A stretch of 63,382 nucleotides of DNA, filler included, from Octopus bimaculoides (GCF_001194135.2; 4 parts of 4 records of this genome joined end to end with filler, not necessarily neighbours in it); one strand, 5' to 3'; shown: positions 40,036 to 54,395, numbered from the whole stretch's first letter. Notes: generated by a model not told the origin, from the sequence alone. Numbers and translations: made by a program.

Positions 40036-42004
40036 TTTATAAATCAATATTTTAAATGTATATCATGTGCATGATATCTTATTTAATTTCTACCCAACTA
40101 GATTTTACAACATCAATAAACTTACACTTCTGTATATTTACTTTTATATTTTACAGTGACATTATATACATCTTTGATGATGCCAAAATATGATAGAAAC
40201 ATGTCTAGGGTTGTCAAATCAGTCATCTTGGGAAATAGAGAAACTAATACCATTAGTTATATCATTCTTTTCTCAATCCATGTTCTATTCTACTTGATTC
40301 AAAAATGGTAAAAACATTGCTAAAATACAAAATTTCTTCATCATCTTTTTGTTTTACATCAACTTTTTGATTCTTGCTGACACAACCTTCAACCCTAATG
40401 ATTATATTTTTATCATAGTAGTGTGTTACTTCTATATTTTGGTGCATCTGGTGTATAGTAAACTTTATTTTCTTCCAAGGTCATCCTGCTCTCTTTGGGA
40501 ATACTGTGTTCTAGAATGAACTTCCATATTATGTTTATTCACATTTTTCAGATGGTGAGGATTGGTCTGAAGAAATATTTTGGCTCTCATTGAAAACAAG
40601 TTAAGCAATCAAAGGACTGAGTCGTTTGGTTTGTCTTTGTACCAAACATCGGGAATAGCAACATCCTGTACAATGTACCAATGAAAGTGCTCCGATGTCA
40701 TTGCGAAACCTGCTAAAAATAAATTTCTCTCAAATCAAACTATACTGTGTTAAATAAAGGAATAACACATTGGATAACATAAACCTTGATATGTTACTGT
40801 CTGAAAACTATAAAAAGCAAACGGGGGAAAAGACAGGATGATGATGATGATGTGGTGAATACCTTAGATCTGATCATAGGTCAGCTCAATGCAATGGAGC
40901 TAGGGCTAAACAACAAATATTTCCTCTACCATTTTCCTAGCAGATAAAACAAAAAACCCAAAACAAAATAAAAACAAAAGCAGAAAACCAAAAGACAATG
41001 CGACATCAGTTGAATTAGATGTTTCCAGTAGACATTCGGTTCTATGTTCTTCAACATATTTTATTTGTCTCTATACTCACTTTTCTCTCTCTCTCTCTCC
41101 TTTGTGTTGAAAGTACAAATAGCTGTTTCCCATTATTTTATTATTTTCATTCTTCTACACTATTTACCAGCTTCATAAATAAATCCTTTCAACATTTAGT
41201 ATGAATGTGTGTATGCAGGTGTCCATTAGACCATCAGCTGGTTTGAAACATCAGGACCAAGGGCCACTCTGGTGTAACACCTTCAAAGCTTATTATGCTA
41301 TATCATTTGTGTTAACTTGAAGGGCTCAGTTTTTATACACCAATGAATTGTGGGAGGTTGGTTGGTTTTGTTGTACTCTTTCCAGATGGATGATCAGGAA
41401 AAGTAGACAGAAATGGATCTAGATACCTTTTAAAACTCTTAATGGAAGCTTTGGTTATTTCTATAATTCTTTTGAGAGATAGTTGTACATCTGAGAAACT
41501 TTAAATGACAAACTGTTGATGTATAGTAAAACTGTAAAAACTACAAAAATAGAGGTTGTCTGTTTTGACAAAGAATAATTCAAATAGTTCAAATAGACGG
41601 GTAAATTTCATGCTGGTGAGGTAGATTTGTCCGCTACTTTTAGCAGGTGAGAGTGACCACACAGAGACTTCTTTATTCTGTTTGAACTATATGTACTGGT
41701 GAATAAGTTCTTACCTTTTACTCTCTTGTAAGGTTTTCAAAATTCTTCTATATGTATATCATTAAAGACTTTTGGGTTCTTTTGATCTTTCAGGAAATCA
41801 AAGATCCAAGTGCCCAACTTGCGTATAATACCAAAGTTTCCAAGCTTGTGCTATAAGATTCCATGGTTGACCACTGAAAAGGTTTGGGTGACAAGGCATA
41901 TTCAAAGAACCTCTAACAGGAGACTCTTCAGAACTGGATTGTGTCATGGTGGAAATTGTATTAAACAGTATCTTCAGGAGTAGTAACTGTACTAGGCTGC
42001 GAAA

Positions 42005-42333
42005 TTACAGTAAAGAGACCCTTTGATCATGAATGACCATGAGATTACACCTAGAAAGTTACCCTCCGAGGCATAAGTCCGGGAAGGTCGTTTATGGAAA
42101 ACTAGCAGTTGCCCATGCATGCCAACCTCCCCTCTCTACGCCATTGATTTTATCCACAGAAAAGGCAAAGGCACCAGTGATGTCACAACTCATTTCTACA
42201 GCTGCATGACCTGGAGCAGCATGAAATAAAATGTCTTACTCAAGAACACAACACACAGCCCTATCTGGGAATCGAACTCACTACCTCATAATTGTGAGCC
42301 GAACGCTCTAACCGTTGAGCCATGTGCCTTCAG
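42005..42333 (-). mobile_element. tRNA-derived SINE, family C
   Basis: Minus-strand head gaaggcacatggctcaacggttagagcgttcggctcac...gagttcgattccc...ttgtgttcttgagtaagac. Confidence 0.75.
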
Positions 42334-42981
42334 GTAAAGATCATTAATTGAGCTTCCACAAAATTGCATTCTATACAATTTCATTCACAAAACTATAACC
42401 AAAAAGAGAGTATCTCAACCACTCAAACATGCACCCATACTGGATTTTATTTACTTTAATTTCCTTTAAAGGAAATGGATTTTACACAAATAATCAACCA
42501 ATCAAAAAATATATAAATAAAAAGAGGAAAAAATTCAAAAAGGAAGCAAAATTCCAAGGACAAATGCTTTAAACTAACTGAGTAGTGCTGTTACTCTCTA
42601 TCAGGAATATATCTTCACACGTAATCACACGTCACCTAACTAACATGACTTCAAATTTGCTCACTTCATTACTATATCAGAGGAAAAGATCTATTTCAAA
42701 TTTGCTGAGTTAATTAAAAACAATATGCATACATACATACAAACATACATACATATACATGCATGCATACATATATATATATATATATATATATCTGTAT
42801 ACACACACACAGATATGAGAGAGTGAGAGAGAGCGAGAGTGAGAGAGAGAGAGAGACATACATATACACATGCACACAAATTAATTAATCTAAATAACGA
42901 GCCAAAAGTTTAGGGTGTATATAAATATACATACACACGCACATATATTAATTAATTTCACTAATGAGTCAAAAGTTTAGA

Positions 42982-43016
<35 letters not shown>

Positions 43017-43474
43017 TATATGTATGTGTGTGTGTGTGTGTATACACAGACACATATATTCATTCACAAATACATATTCGAAACTAATTGCCTATTTGTT
43101 TGCAGCCTTCTAGTACCGCATGCTAAGAGTCATTTAAAAGAAAAGAAGATGCTAACACCATACAAATAGCACACCCAACCATACCACACAACACCAAACC
43201 ATATCAAGCTCACACCATACCATGCCATACACATGGTTGGTCTAGCCACACCTGACTTCCGACTTACCATTATTAACTAACTGTATGCCAGCCAGCCATC
43301 CTCTGTTCCTGGCCCTGTACCTGGTATTTAGCCCTAACATTACACTATGTATCACAACACCTACTCATTGTTTTGATAATATTATTAAAGAAATGACAAT
43401 AATGACAGTGGTAGTGGTGGTAGTGGCGATTGTTAGGAAGTGGTATCTGAGAAAGATGTAAAGTATAGATAGCT

Positions 43475-43542
<68 letters not shown>

Positions 43543-43544
43543 AG

Positions 43545-43580
<36 letters not shown>

Positions 43581-43725
43581 AGGGAAAATGAGAGAAGAGA
43601 GCTCCCAAGCGCGCCACTTCCCATTCTTCTACACTCATATACATAAACTCATACATAGATGTACACGTAAACACATGCACGCACACACACACACACACAT
43701 AACATATATACACATACACACACAA

Positions 43726-43768
<43 letters not shown>

Positions 43769-43812
43769 TACATGCACATACACACAAGCAAACAGAAAGG
43801 ATAGAAAGAATG

Positions 43813-43912
43813 NNNNNNNNNNNNNNNNNNNNNNNNNNNNNNNNNNNNNNNNNNNNTTAATTAATTAANNNNNNNNNNNNNNNNNNNNNNNNNNNNNNNN
43901 NNNNNNNNNNNN
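43813..43912. other. Artificial scaffold-joining spacer
   Basis: 44 N + TTAATTAATTAA + 44 N. Confidence 0.95.
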
Positions 43913-43931
43913 GTGTGTGTGTGTGTGTGTG

Positions 43932-43964
<33 letters not shown>

Positions 43965-45049
43965 TCCTTATGGATTCGAAAACTGAACTGCCGATTTTGA
44001 CATATGGGGTATCAAACGCTTCAGTAATCTTTCGGCTTTGCGCAACAACTCTTTTTTAAACAAAAATAACCTTGAAAACGAGATCGAGTCGCAGAATTTT
44101 GTGGTCTTTGGCTAAGGATGACAACCCCTGTCTAAACAATTTTAAAATACATGGAGTTTTACCAGGGAATGAAACTTAAAAGATATACCGCCAACTTTAT
44201 TAGTAATATTTTGTAGATAATCTTTTAATGTGAAGTATTTTTGTCTGTGTTTCGTTTAGCCCAGAGTTGCCTCTGCTGTAGCAGAGCCATCGCATAGTTT
44301 TTTGTTGTTTTTTTCCTGAAATACTGTAAATCTGTGCATTTCTGTTGATGAAAGGGTGTGTTTTAAGAGAGATTTGGCTGCTATTTGTAGTAGCTCAAGT
44401 TACCACAGAGACACCTCTGTGTGTGTGTGTGTGTGCGCGCGCGCATGAGTTTTCTTATGGTGAAAAAAATACTTTTGCTCAAAAATTTTGCACAATAATT
44501 TTTAAAGAAATCTTAACATCTTTCTTACTGCTAACCATTCAACTTCAAATTACAATTGTTAATTTTTGGAAGTCAAGCACACTGAGATGTACATATAGTA
44601 TTATCGTATAGAGTGGAAGTTCAATACGAAGTTTTGAACTCATTATCTCCTGGTTCGCACTCCATTACCTAAAATTTGAAGCCATTAAGTTTTTAAACAT
44701 TATTTTACTGGGTTTCGTCATTCGACTGCCGCCATGATCGGTATCACCTTCAAAAGTTTAATTCATCATACTGACCTCAGTACATATTTCAATCTGACAT
44801 TTATTTTATAGAACTCTGCTTGATGAACTGCTAACTTTGGAACAGTGAGACAAAAAAAAACTGGATTTAACAAAAATGTAAACACACACACACATATTAG
44901 GTGCAAGAATGACTGTGTGGTTGAAAAGATTGTTTCCTAGCCATATGGTTCCACGTTCAATCCCTCTGCATAGAGCCTTGAGGAATTGTTTTCAACTATA
45001 ATCCCAGGCCAATCACCGTCTTGTGACTGAATTTGGTAGACGGAAATAA

Positions 45050-45206
45050 GGCGTTGTTCATCAGAAAATGACCGAAAAAAATGTTCATAAAGAAGATTTG
45101 TTTGATTCATACTCCTCGTGTGCCGATTCTGCTCGTAAGAAGGGAACAAATGATACCATGTAGCTGTAGATCGTAACACCCGGGCAACACCGGGGTGCTT
45201 TGCTAG
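45050..45206 (+). mobile_element. Helitron-like 3' terminus
   Basis: GC hairpin CACCCGG-gcaaca-CCGGGGTG followed 5 nt later by CTAG then T. This is the classical Helitron end; the 5' boundary is uncertain. Confidence 0.6.
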
Positions 45207-46410
45207 TATATCATATGTATGTATGTATGTGTGTGTGTATGCATGCATGTATGTATGTATGTATGTATGCATGTAAGTAAGTATGTATGTATGTATGTAT
45301 GTATGTATGTATGTGTGTATGCATGCATGTATGTATGTATGTATGTATGTATGTATGCATGTATGCATGTAAGTAAGTATGTATGTATGTATGTATGTAT
45401 GTATGTATGTATGTATGTATGTATGTATTATGTGGACCAGCGGCTNNNNNNNNNNGTATGTATGTATGTATGCATGTAAGTAAGTATGTATGTATGTATG
45501 TATGTATGTATGTATGTATGTATGTATGTATGTATGTATTATGTGGACCAGCGGCTAAGACTTGCACACGTAAGTGAAGCACTCATAAAAGTTTTTTGCT
45601 CCTTCGCTGAGTACAGGTATTTCTAGATGTTTGTGATTGCAGGTTGTGAAGCTACGAACACGCATGCACTTAATATGGGGGAAGGCTATGGCTTAGATCT
45701 TTATCAAAAGCAGGAAGTGTTGTGAATATTACATTCATATAATGGCGTGATATCCAAGGATTATTTTAACGCCTTGGATACGAACATGTACGTTATAGTA
45801 TTGCGGGAGATGATTGTGCATATTTTAGGCTAAATTAAGTGATCAAAATGTCTGTCTTGAGAAGATGATACCACTCGTCCTTGATGGACGCTATTGTGAA
45901 CCTCGAGCATAAATCCTGGATACAGCTTTACTGTAGAACTAGTTCCAAATAAACCACTTTCATCGCTTGTGCCAAATAAATGACAGGCAAACCAGCATCG
46001 AAGAAACATTTAATGCATGTGCTAGCAGCCTCGATCGATTTAAGAATAGAATTCTTCTGCATTAAGATAGGATTTGTGTCGAATCAAAGTGCTGTTGAAG
46101 TTGCAGCAAAATATCCGGAGTTTTTTTTAATTTTTTTTTTTTAGAAAACTATTGAAGAGATATATTGAAAAAATATCTAAGGAAGAAATCGGATTATTTA
46201 AGAAAAGAATGCCTCCAAAAATCTACATTGGTAAAAATAATAAGAAAAATCTAATTCTGGATATAGACTTGCGTCGTTTGATTCATTATGTATGGAGAAA
46301 ATGCAGGTTAAGTTTTCAAGTCAAAACTAGTGGTTAGATACCATTCAATAACTCCAAATTCACTCGAAGACAACAACCACCGACCGCCTCAGGTATTCTG
46401 AAGAAAGATA

Positions 46411-46670
46411 GTGGACTAAACCTTGAGTGGCAAACTTAACTATGATGAGAAGACGTAACTTCGAGGGCAGGCATAATTTTAGGGAAAAGTCAACTTTAGA
46501 GGTAGATTTACTTTGTGGGGTAGACTTAGCTTTGCGATTGAACTTAACCTTGGTGCGTAAACTTAGACTTAACTCTGATGTGTAGGTTCAGCTTTGCGAG
46601 TAGACCACATTTTGGGGATAAACTTCACTTGAGAGTGGGTAAACTTGGGGGTGGGGTAAATATATTTGCG
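46411..46670. repeat. Highly degenerate 18-bp-period minisatellite (about 13 units)
   Basis: Units such as gtagatttactttgtggg, gtagacttagctttgcga, gtaggttcagctttgcga, ataaacttcactttgaga. Confidence 0.75.
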
Positions 46671-47248
46671 TTTGACCTTCTGGCCGGTAACTGATGAGAA
46701 GTTGGCGACCTTCTTTGTCTGTTTTTCCATTTCTTTGAGCATTTATTAAATGTTTTTTAACTTATATAAATAAATATATATATATATATATATATATCCG
46801 TTTAGTTTTGTCTGGGCAAAAGCCACAGAATGCGCTCTTAAAAGCACCTATACTTCTCTTTGTTGTTGGCTACCATCTGTTAATTCCATCTCCCAGGGTA
46901 ATCCGATAGTATGGTTATATGACATCTGTGAAAGCAGCCATATTGAAATGGACTCGAGAAAAAATTATACTTACATACATACATACATACATACATATGA
47001 TTATATATAACAAATTACCTAAGTGTAAAATTCACTTAAGGGATTTTAAATATCCGAAGAATTTACTGGTTTATGTTACCTGCATCAATAACAATTAATG
47101 AAGCGGAAACAGCTGAAATTTATGAGATGAGTCATTTGTTTGTATAAAATATCTAAATTAAATTAAATTTATAATTGTTTAATTTATTGTATTGTTTTCC
47201 ATTTCTTATTTGTATTTATATATAAATAAACGGTATAAAAAAAACAAT

Positions 47249-47472
47249 AGCGTGGAAGGAAGGTGTTTATAAGCCATTTAAGAAACACACAAAAATCATT
47301 AGATTCACTTCAACATTTAAATTTAATTTTCAAATGCAGCACGGAATTTTGTCAGTGAACAGGTCACGGTCTCAAAGCGACGAAAATATTTTGGCAAATT
47401 AAATTTAAATGTTGAAGTGAATCTAACGGTTTTTTTGTGTTTCTTAAATGGCTTATAAACACCTTCCACGCT
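47249..47472. mobile_element. MITE with about 78-bp terminal inverted repeats
   Basis: agcgtggaagg...gtttataagccatttaagaaacac...ttagattcacttcaacatttaaatttaatt is mirrored at 47397-47472. Confidence 0.85.
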
Positions 47473-48006
47473 GCAATTATTTTCGTTCCAGCACACGATC
47501 TCAAATCAGGGGATATCAACTGGTGTTATCAAATATATTGAAAGTTCCGCAGTGTATATGGATAAACTGTCCAATAATGTGTAAAGTTAATTAACGAAAA
47601 TTTAGTGGATACTTAGTTAATTTTATTTGTATCTCAATAAAAAAAGTAACGCATATACGATTTGACATTAAAAGGAACAGTATGAACAAAAGAAATATAC
47701 CTAAAAGTATCCTACATATGTTTCAATCCGGCCATTAGGTTCAGATCATCACCATTCAAATGATGTTAGATGTATTATAACTCCACATTATATCCGGATA
47801 TCATCAGGGAGGATATTCACTTTCTAGTGGGGAGCAAGGAAATAGCTACGACGAGGACTGCATTTTCGAATATTCAAATAACGTAAACAATAATTTATCA
47901 GAATGCTGAGGTCGTGTGGGGAGATATTATCTAATGAAATCTTGCTAAAATACTATAATGTATTTGAAAAATAGACCTATAAGTGGTAAGGGACATATAG
48001 TAGTTA

Positions 48007-48112
48007 GAATATGTGCTGTTAAGGATATTGAATATGAATATGTGCTGTTAAGGATATTGAATATGAATATGTGTTGTTAAGGGTAGAATATGTGCTGTTA
48101 AGGGTATTGAAG
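48007..48112. repeat. 29-bp tandem repeat, about 4 partial copies
   Basis: Unit GAATATGTGCTGTTAAGGATATTGAATAT. Confidence 0.88.
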
Positions 48113-49257
48113 ACTAATTGAGAGATGAAATAGATTTTTGAGGGGGAAAGAATAAACATAAATGATTTGGGAAGTAAAATAGAAAGCTAATTCGATATTG
48201 TACATCAAAATAGTTATCAATTATTTAGCATTTCAATGTACTCACGTATACATTCTATTATTCAGAGAAAAGTTATTGCTTACATACTTCGGAGAGGAAT
48301 TTTAATATTTATGCGAAAAAAATTAAGTAAGAATATAGAGAGAAAAATTAGAGGGGGTGGATAACGAAATGTGACAGAATGGGAGAAAAGTGGAAGAAGA
48401 AGCATCCATAATTTTTTATGTGGGGTATATAATACAAAAAAGATTAAGAAATAAAAGAGAAAAAAGGGAAAAGTCATTTTCTATTATATACTACGATATC
48501 ATTTTAGAATGTATTCCGGAGAAAAGTTAAAATAACTAATGTAATTTAGCATTTCAATAGAATAAGTTATACTTTCCATTGTTCAAAGAAAAAGTATTTG
48601 GTATATAAAAAATTATAATGCACTTACTTGAAAGAGGAATTTACATTTTTATGCGAAAAAAGTTTTTAAAATGTGAGGAAGTTTTCATAATCCGTTAGAT
48701 TTCTCTAAAGAATAATTGTAATAACTAGTAATCTCCCTTTGTTTGCGTGGTTAAATATTTTTCTCTAGGGTTTTATTATGATGAAAAAATTATCATTTGT
48801 TTTACTAGAGAATTATAAGATTTGTGGATAATATGGATATATGGATATATAAATATATATATACACACGTGGGGGTTTTTAGGTCCATATGCAGATAGAT
48901 TAAAAGTTTCACTAGTTATTGATGTTGGTTTATAAGATTTTAGAAAATAAAAGATAAAAGATAAAAAGTCATCATAATAGCATTTTTTTTAAAAATAGGG
49001 CTTACATCAATCAACATGAATACAACTACAAGCTAAATAAAAAAGACTAATAAATACTTAAAATGAAATAAACACACACACACATATATATACCTATATA
49101 TAGATATATATTCATATNNNNNNNNNNNNNNNNNNNNNNNNNNNNNNNNNNNNNNNNNNNNTGTATGTATGTATGTATATATACATATATTTATGCATAC
49201 ATGTATATATATATATGCATATATATACATGCATAATATATATATATACACACACAC

Positions 49258-50621
49258 TGTGAGCTACCGCCCGATTTCACTCACCGCTCGTAGCATTAAA
49301 GTATTTCAGAGGGTGGTGAGATCGCGAATAACTCACTTCCTTGAAGACAACAATCTGCTGAACCCCAACCAGTATGGTTTCCGTGATGGTCGGGACTGCC
49401 TGTCGCAGTTTCTGCACCATTTTGATGACATCTTAAAAGCGTTAGGAGAAGTTTCCAACACTGACGTCATATACCTTGATTTCAGTAAGGCATTTGACAG
49501 AGTGGATCACAAAATCCTGCTGAAGAAACTGTCCAGTACTGGAATCCATGGAAAGCTGCTGCAGTGGATAAAGTGTTTCCTGACGAACAGAACTCAACAT
49601 GTTGTATTCGAGGGAATACGATCCAGCTCAGCCAAAGTCAGGAGTCGTGTCCCACAAAGTACTGTGTTGGGCCCACTCCTCTTCATTATCTACATCAAAC
49701 AGTCTACATTGAAAATCTTTGCAGATGATTCCAAACGCTAGAAAGTCATAAACGTTATGGGACACCGAACATATCTTCACTCGGATCTGTTTGCTGTTGT
49801 CCAATGGGCGGAAAAAACAATATGCTTCTGAATGAAGATAAGTTTAATTTGATCCACTTTGAAATTACCAAATGCTCTTCCTTCGAACGACTCCCTAGTG
49901 TCATCCAACAACATCAAAGACCCTGGAGTTATCGTTGATAACAATCTAAGCTGGAATTCCCACATAAACAACAAGACTGACTTGGCCCGCAAGATGTGCT
50001 CCCGGATTCTGAGAACTTTCCGGTCTAGAAATGCCCACACCAACATCAATCTGTACTCTACTTTTTCCCCACCTTGAATACTGCTACCCACTGTGGTCTC
50101 CCCATACGAAGCAACTCATTATGAAAGTGGAAGCACTCCAGAGGTCAATAACGAGAAAGATAGACGGCATGAAAGGCATTGACTATTGGGGTCGACTAAA
50201 AAACTCAATCTCTACTCTCTCTCCAACGTCGCCGGGAGCGCTACATCATTTGTGTGACGTGGAAAATATTCCATCAATATTACACAACTGATGTTGGCAT
50301 CAATTTAAAAATCCATTCAAGACTTGGCGCCCGTGCTATCCGCCCACTACAGAAATCGAACTCGGGACACATAACAACATTACGTCACAACTGCTTTACC
50401 TCAACCGGTCCAGCTCTTAATACCATACCATTCAAAGGTTCACTGGACATATTTCTTTAAAAAATCCCGGACCAACCTCCTACACCCTGATATGTCTCCA
50501 ACAATAATAACTCTTTGCTTGAGTTCTCCATGGTGACCCGTATATGACTAAAAGACTTCACCAGGTGGTGCTATTAAGTTGGACATAGCCTGGGCCTATA
50601 CTGGCCGAAACCTATCAAAGT
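49258..50621 (+). mobile_element. 5'-truncated CR1-like LINE, decayed reverse transcriptase and 3' end
   Basis: YRPISLT...QYGFRDGRDC...YLDFSKAFDRVDH...VPQSTVLGPLLFIIYI...IFADDSK; later LEYCYPLWSPH. Frameshifts and stops. Confidence 0.92.
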
Positions 50622-50913
50622 GATGGAGGGTAGAGCAGAAATAGAGAAAGAAAGTGTGTGTCTATATATTTAGAGAGATTGAGAGGCTGAGTGAAGAGAG
50701 GAACAGAGATACAGAGAGTGTATGTGTGTGTCTATATATTTAGGAAGATTGATGGGTTGAGAGAAGAAAGACGGCGTAACGGAGAGAAGTGAAGAGAAAG
50801 AAAAAAAGGCGTGATGGAGAGAAGTGAAGAGACAGAGGGAGTATGCGTCTATAATAGAGGTTGAGAGAAGATTGTTTGAGAGAAATGAGAAGAAAAAAAT
50901 ATACATATATATA

Positions 50914-50945
<32 letters not shown>

Positions 50946-51386
50946 CGTAGATTTATATGTGTGTGTCTACATATACATATGTCTATATATCAAACGGGTG
51001 TGCTGTCATACTATTCCACATATGCAAAAACTGCCATACTAACAATCCAACATACCTCCATCATCAGCTGTCCCACGGATATCATTATGGTTTCGACACC
51101 TGGGCAGTACCATCAATCCCGCGGTGTCAACAGTACTAAAATAAGCGTTGTTTGGGAACAAACATACAACTTTCAAACACATTGAAGCTATTTACCGATA
51201 CTGTTGTACATAGGGTAAATAAATAAATCTATAACCAACTCCTAAATATGTAACTAAATAGCGACCAAACCTTTAAGTCATACAAAAAATATTCCCTAGT
51301 CTTCCATAGTATGATATAAAAGTGAAAGCTTAACCATTTTTATTTAACGTAAATATATATAATGTATGCATATGTATATATGAGTG

Positions 51387-51432
<46 letters not shown>

Positions 51433-51541
51433 ATGTATATACATGTATTTATAAGGATTTACTTTTCGTAATGAGATAAAAAAAAAAACAAAGGCTGTGT
51501 ACATTATAGAACATTTATAAATAGAAAGTCTTACAGCTATG

Positions 51542-51580
<39 letters not shown>

Positions 51581-52214
51581 TGTGTGTGTGTGCATGCGTG
51601 TATATGTATGTATGTGCACGCACACATGCTTGGTATGAGGCAGTGTGTGAGTGGTTGCGTTATGCAGAGGTTATTCAACCTGTTATTTAATACGTACAAA
51701 TCTATTCAAGTGAAGTGTTATTTTCTTTCGTTTGTACACCTATTGATATATGCATAAGACATACACAGCCACACACACAAGTATAATGCTGCCTATGACT
51801 TACAATATACAAACTCACTGTTAACCTTCGCATGAATATACTCTCGTAACATAAACATCACATTACTGAAATTAATAGCAACTTTTTAGCAAACGTGTCA
51901 GCATCTAGTTTTAGCACCAAAGAGAAAGATATTCGTATCCAAAATATAGACGTGCCATTCTTATCGCCCGAAAAACTTACATTTACCTAAAGTCGTAAAC
52001 AACTCCAATGTCACTGTTAATTCAAAACAGAAACTCTACAGTATTGCCCCGGTTTATAGCTTCGTTGAGATTTTTTGAATTTTAAGAATGTTCTCTCTCC
52101 TCCTTTACTCTACAATAGCCAACCGCTACGTATTTCTGCCAAGTTTTTTTCAGTATCCCATGACCTGGATCACCTATCCAGAGCTGTATAGAAGCTCACT
52201 GACATATATATATA

Positions 52215-52500
52215 TATAGTGAGAATTTTCAAAAAAAAAAAAAAAGCCGAAGACGGGTGTGTAAACAACAAACAGATGTAATAGTTTAACGCTCGGGAAG
52301 TGAGAAAGTCTTTTACGTTTTGAGCCTACGCTCTACGACCGAAAGGAACACAGAAATAAACAGGGAGAGAAAATAAAAAAAAAGGTTTAGTGGTTAGCAA
52401 TCTATCATGGCGAATGCCGGACAGAGGGGTCACAGGAGAGCTAAGAAGAAGGGGAGATAATAGAGGTGATCCCAAAATGAAGGTGCACATGTGTATGGAA
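52215..52500 (-). mobile_element. Penelope-like terminal repeat; second copy at 61005-61192
   Basis: The two copies align (caacaaacagatgta.tagtttaac...gcctacgctct...gaaaggaacacagaaa...gagagaaaataaa...tctatcat.gcgaa). PLE origin is inferred from the GAAACGT motif. Confidence 0.6.
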
Positions 52501-53349
52501 GGAAGCTGGTGACATTGATGTGTGCAGATGATGGTGTAGGTGCAGGGAAGTGGTCAGTGCTAGTGTGCGGGATGAGTGGGGTCTAATGGATGGGTGTGTA
52601 TGTATGTATGAGTCACAAAATCCATAGTGTCACTTGTTAGAAAACATTTTATGAAAAACTCCCAGTAGCTATAAACACACACTATACTATGAATAAGTAA
52701 CGTTATCCTATATTTCCTAATGATATTGAACCCATCTTTTGATTGCAATTGGCTTCAGCTTGAAACAAATAATACACTTTATATCTCTGAGTTTTGAATA
52801 TCTTATGCCAGTATGAAGATACCAAGTGAGAATGTTGTATGTACAAGTTTAGAGAAAAGGATTTCATAGACATCAGAACTGAAAAGGTTTGCTGTTGTGC
52901 GTTTATGGGCGAGACGCTGAAATTGATTTCCAGGCGATATTGTAAGGGGTATTAGAATACTTCAAAGACCAGATATACAACAATGGTGATATGTATTTTT
53001 TTTAACCTATCTGGATTTCATAAGGAGTGTATTTGCTGACTGAATCTGTTTTGAAAGTTTGACATTAAACTTATGCATAATTAAGAAACTGATTTGGCGT
53101 TAACAGTGACGCAAATACTTGTGTTTACTACGACTTAACAGTTGCATTGGAATGGATATACATTAGGGTCTGCACAGTTACAGTTCAATTTTATTGAACC
53201 AGTAGAATTTTTAATTTACAGAAGTTAATAATGGTCAGTTTGGGAGAACTGATTTTAACGTTTCTGTCTGTGTTATTTGTGGCCAAGGTAAATGTTTGGG
53301 TAATACATGTACACATTTTTTTTTTTTTTTCATTTTTTCTTCCATGCAG

Positions 53350-53630
53350 CATTAGATAAGCAGATCTGTATCTCGTCACCCATTGCAAGTCTTCATAAAC
53401 TGTGTCAATTGTATTGCACGATCAATACAAGTGAGGCTGCCTACTATTGGATTGAAAAGGTCTCCTTTACTTACTGCCATTCTTCATTCCTTCTGTTCAA
53501 TGTTTTCACCACAGTTCCCAATATTTTTAATCTGGTTTTCATTATTATGGGTGAAAGACTACATCTTTCCATGGTGTTTGGGACAGGGACAACTACCAAC
53601 AAGATCACAGTGGCAACACAAAACTTCAAG
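53350..53630 (+). other. Candidate 281-nt exon of an unidentified transcript
   Basis: Long poly-T acceptor ...ttttttcttccatgcag| and AAG|GTATGG donor; one frame is open across the whole exon. No family recognised. Confidence 0.3.
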
Positions 53631-54304
53631 GTATGGTTACTTCTATTATATATGCCAGAAAATGACGTGAGTTTTATAAGGATAATCTGAAAATGACGTC
53701 TCTATATAGCAATGGTGAAAGAGAAAGCTTAGCTACTAAGGGAACTAATGAGTTTCAAAGTTTGTGATTTTGGTTATGTTAATGGTTTAGCTGGCATTTA
53801 GATTTTAGTGACAGGGCGGGCTGGTGGCAGCAACTACCTTAAGTAAACAGCTTGCTTTTTGAACAAGCAAAAATCTTTACCGTTGATTTTCAATCAATAA
53901 AACACCGGAAATCTTAGGGATTTCGCATATATTCAGATCGTTAGTAATAATAATTCGTTAATAAATGAATAGAAAATATAAATATTATTTTAGCTTCACT
54001 AATCCTGTTTGTTTCTCGCCCATCTTCACTCTGAATTGAAAGTTACAAAACTGGCTAACTATTGATTAATGGTTGAATAGCATGCTTGACTGTCTTTTGT
54101 TTAAATGTACTCCCAAAGTAAATACCTTGTTTTGTTAAATAAGCTAAAAAAAACTCTTTTTGCAGTTTGTTCAATCAATAACACACTGGAAACCGGGGAT
54201 TTTACAGTTTTGGATCGTTAGTAATAATAATACATTAATAAATAAAGAGCAAACATTTTAGATTTAGCAATATCCAGTTTGTTTCCTGCATATTTATCTG
54301 AACC

Positions 54305-54395
<91 letters not shown>

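Noticed and set aside
38100-41990. Isolated exon-like segments (38200 ETVTLLSRADNLTKRRASLK*, 40553 GEDWSEEIFWLSLKT, 41795 EIKDPSAQ...)
   Set aside because: Each has an acceptor but no consistent donor/phase chain or recognisable product.
45395-45560. Duplicated gtattatgtggaccagcggct either side of a 10-N gap
   Set aside because: Typical overlapping contig ends; probable assembly artefact.
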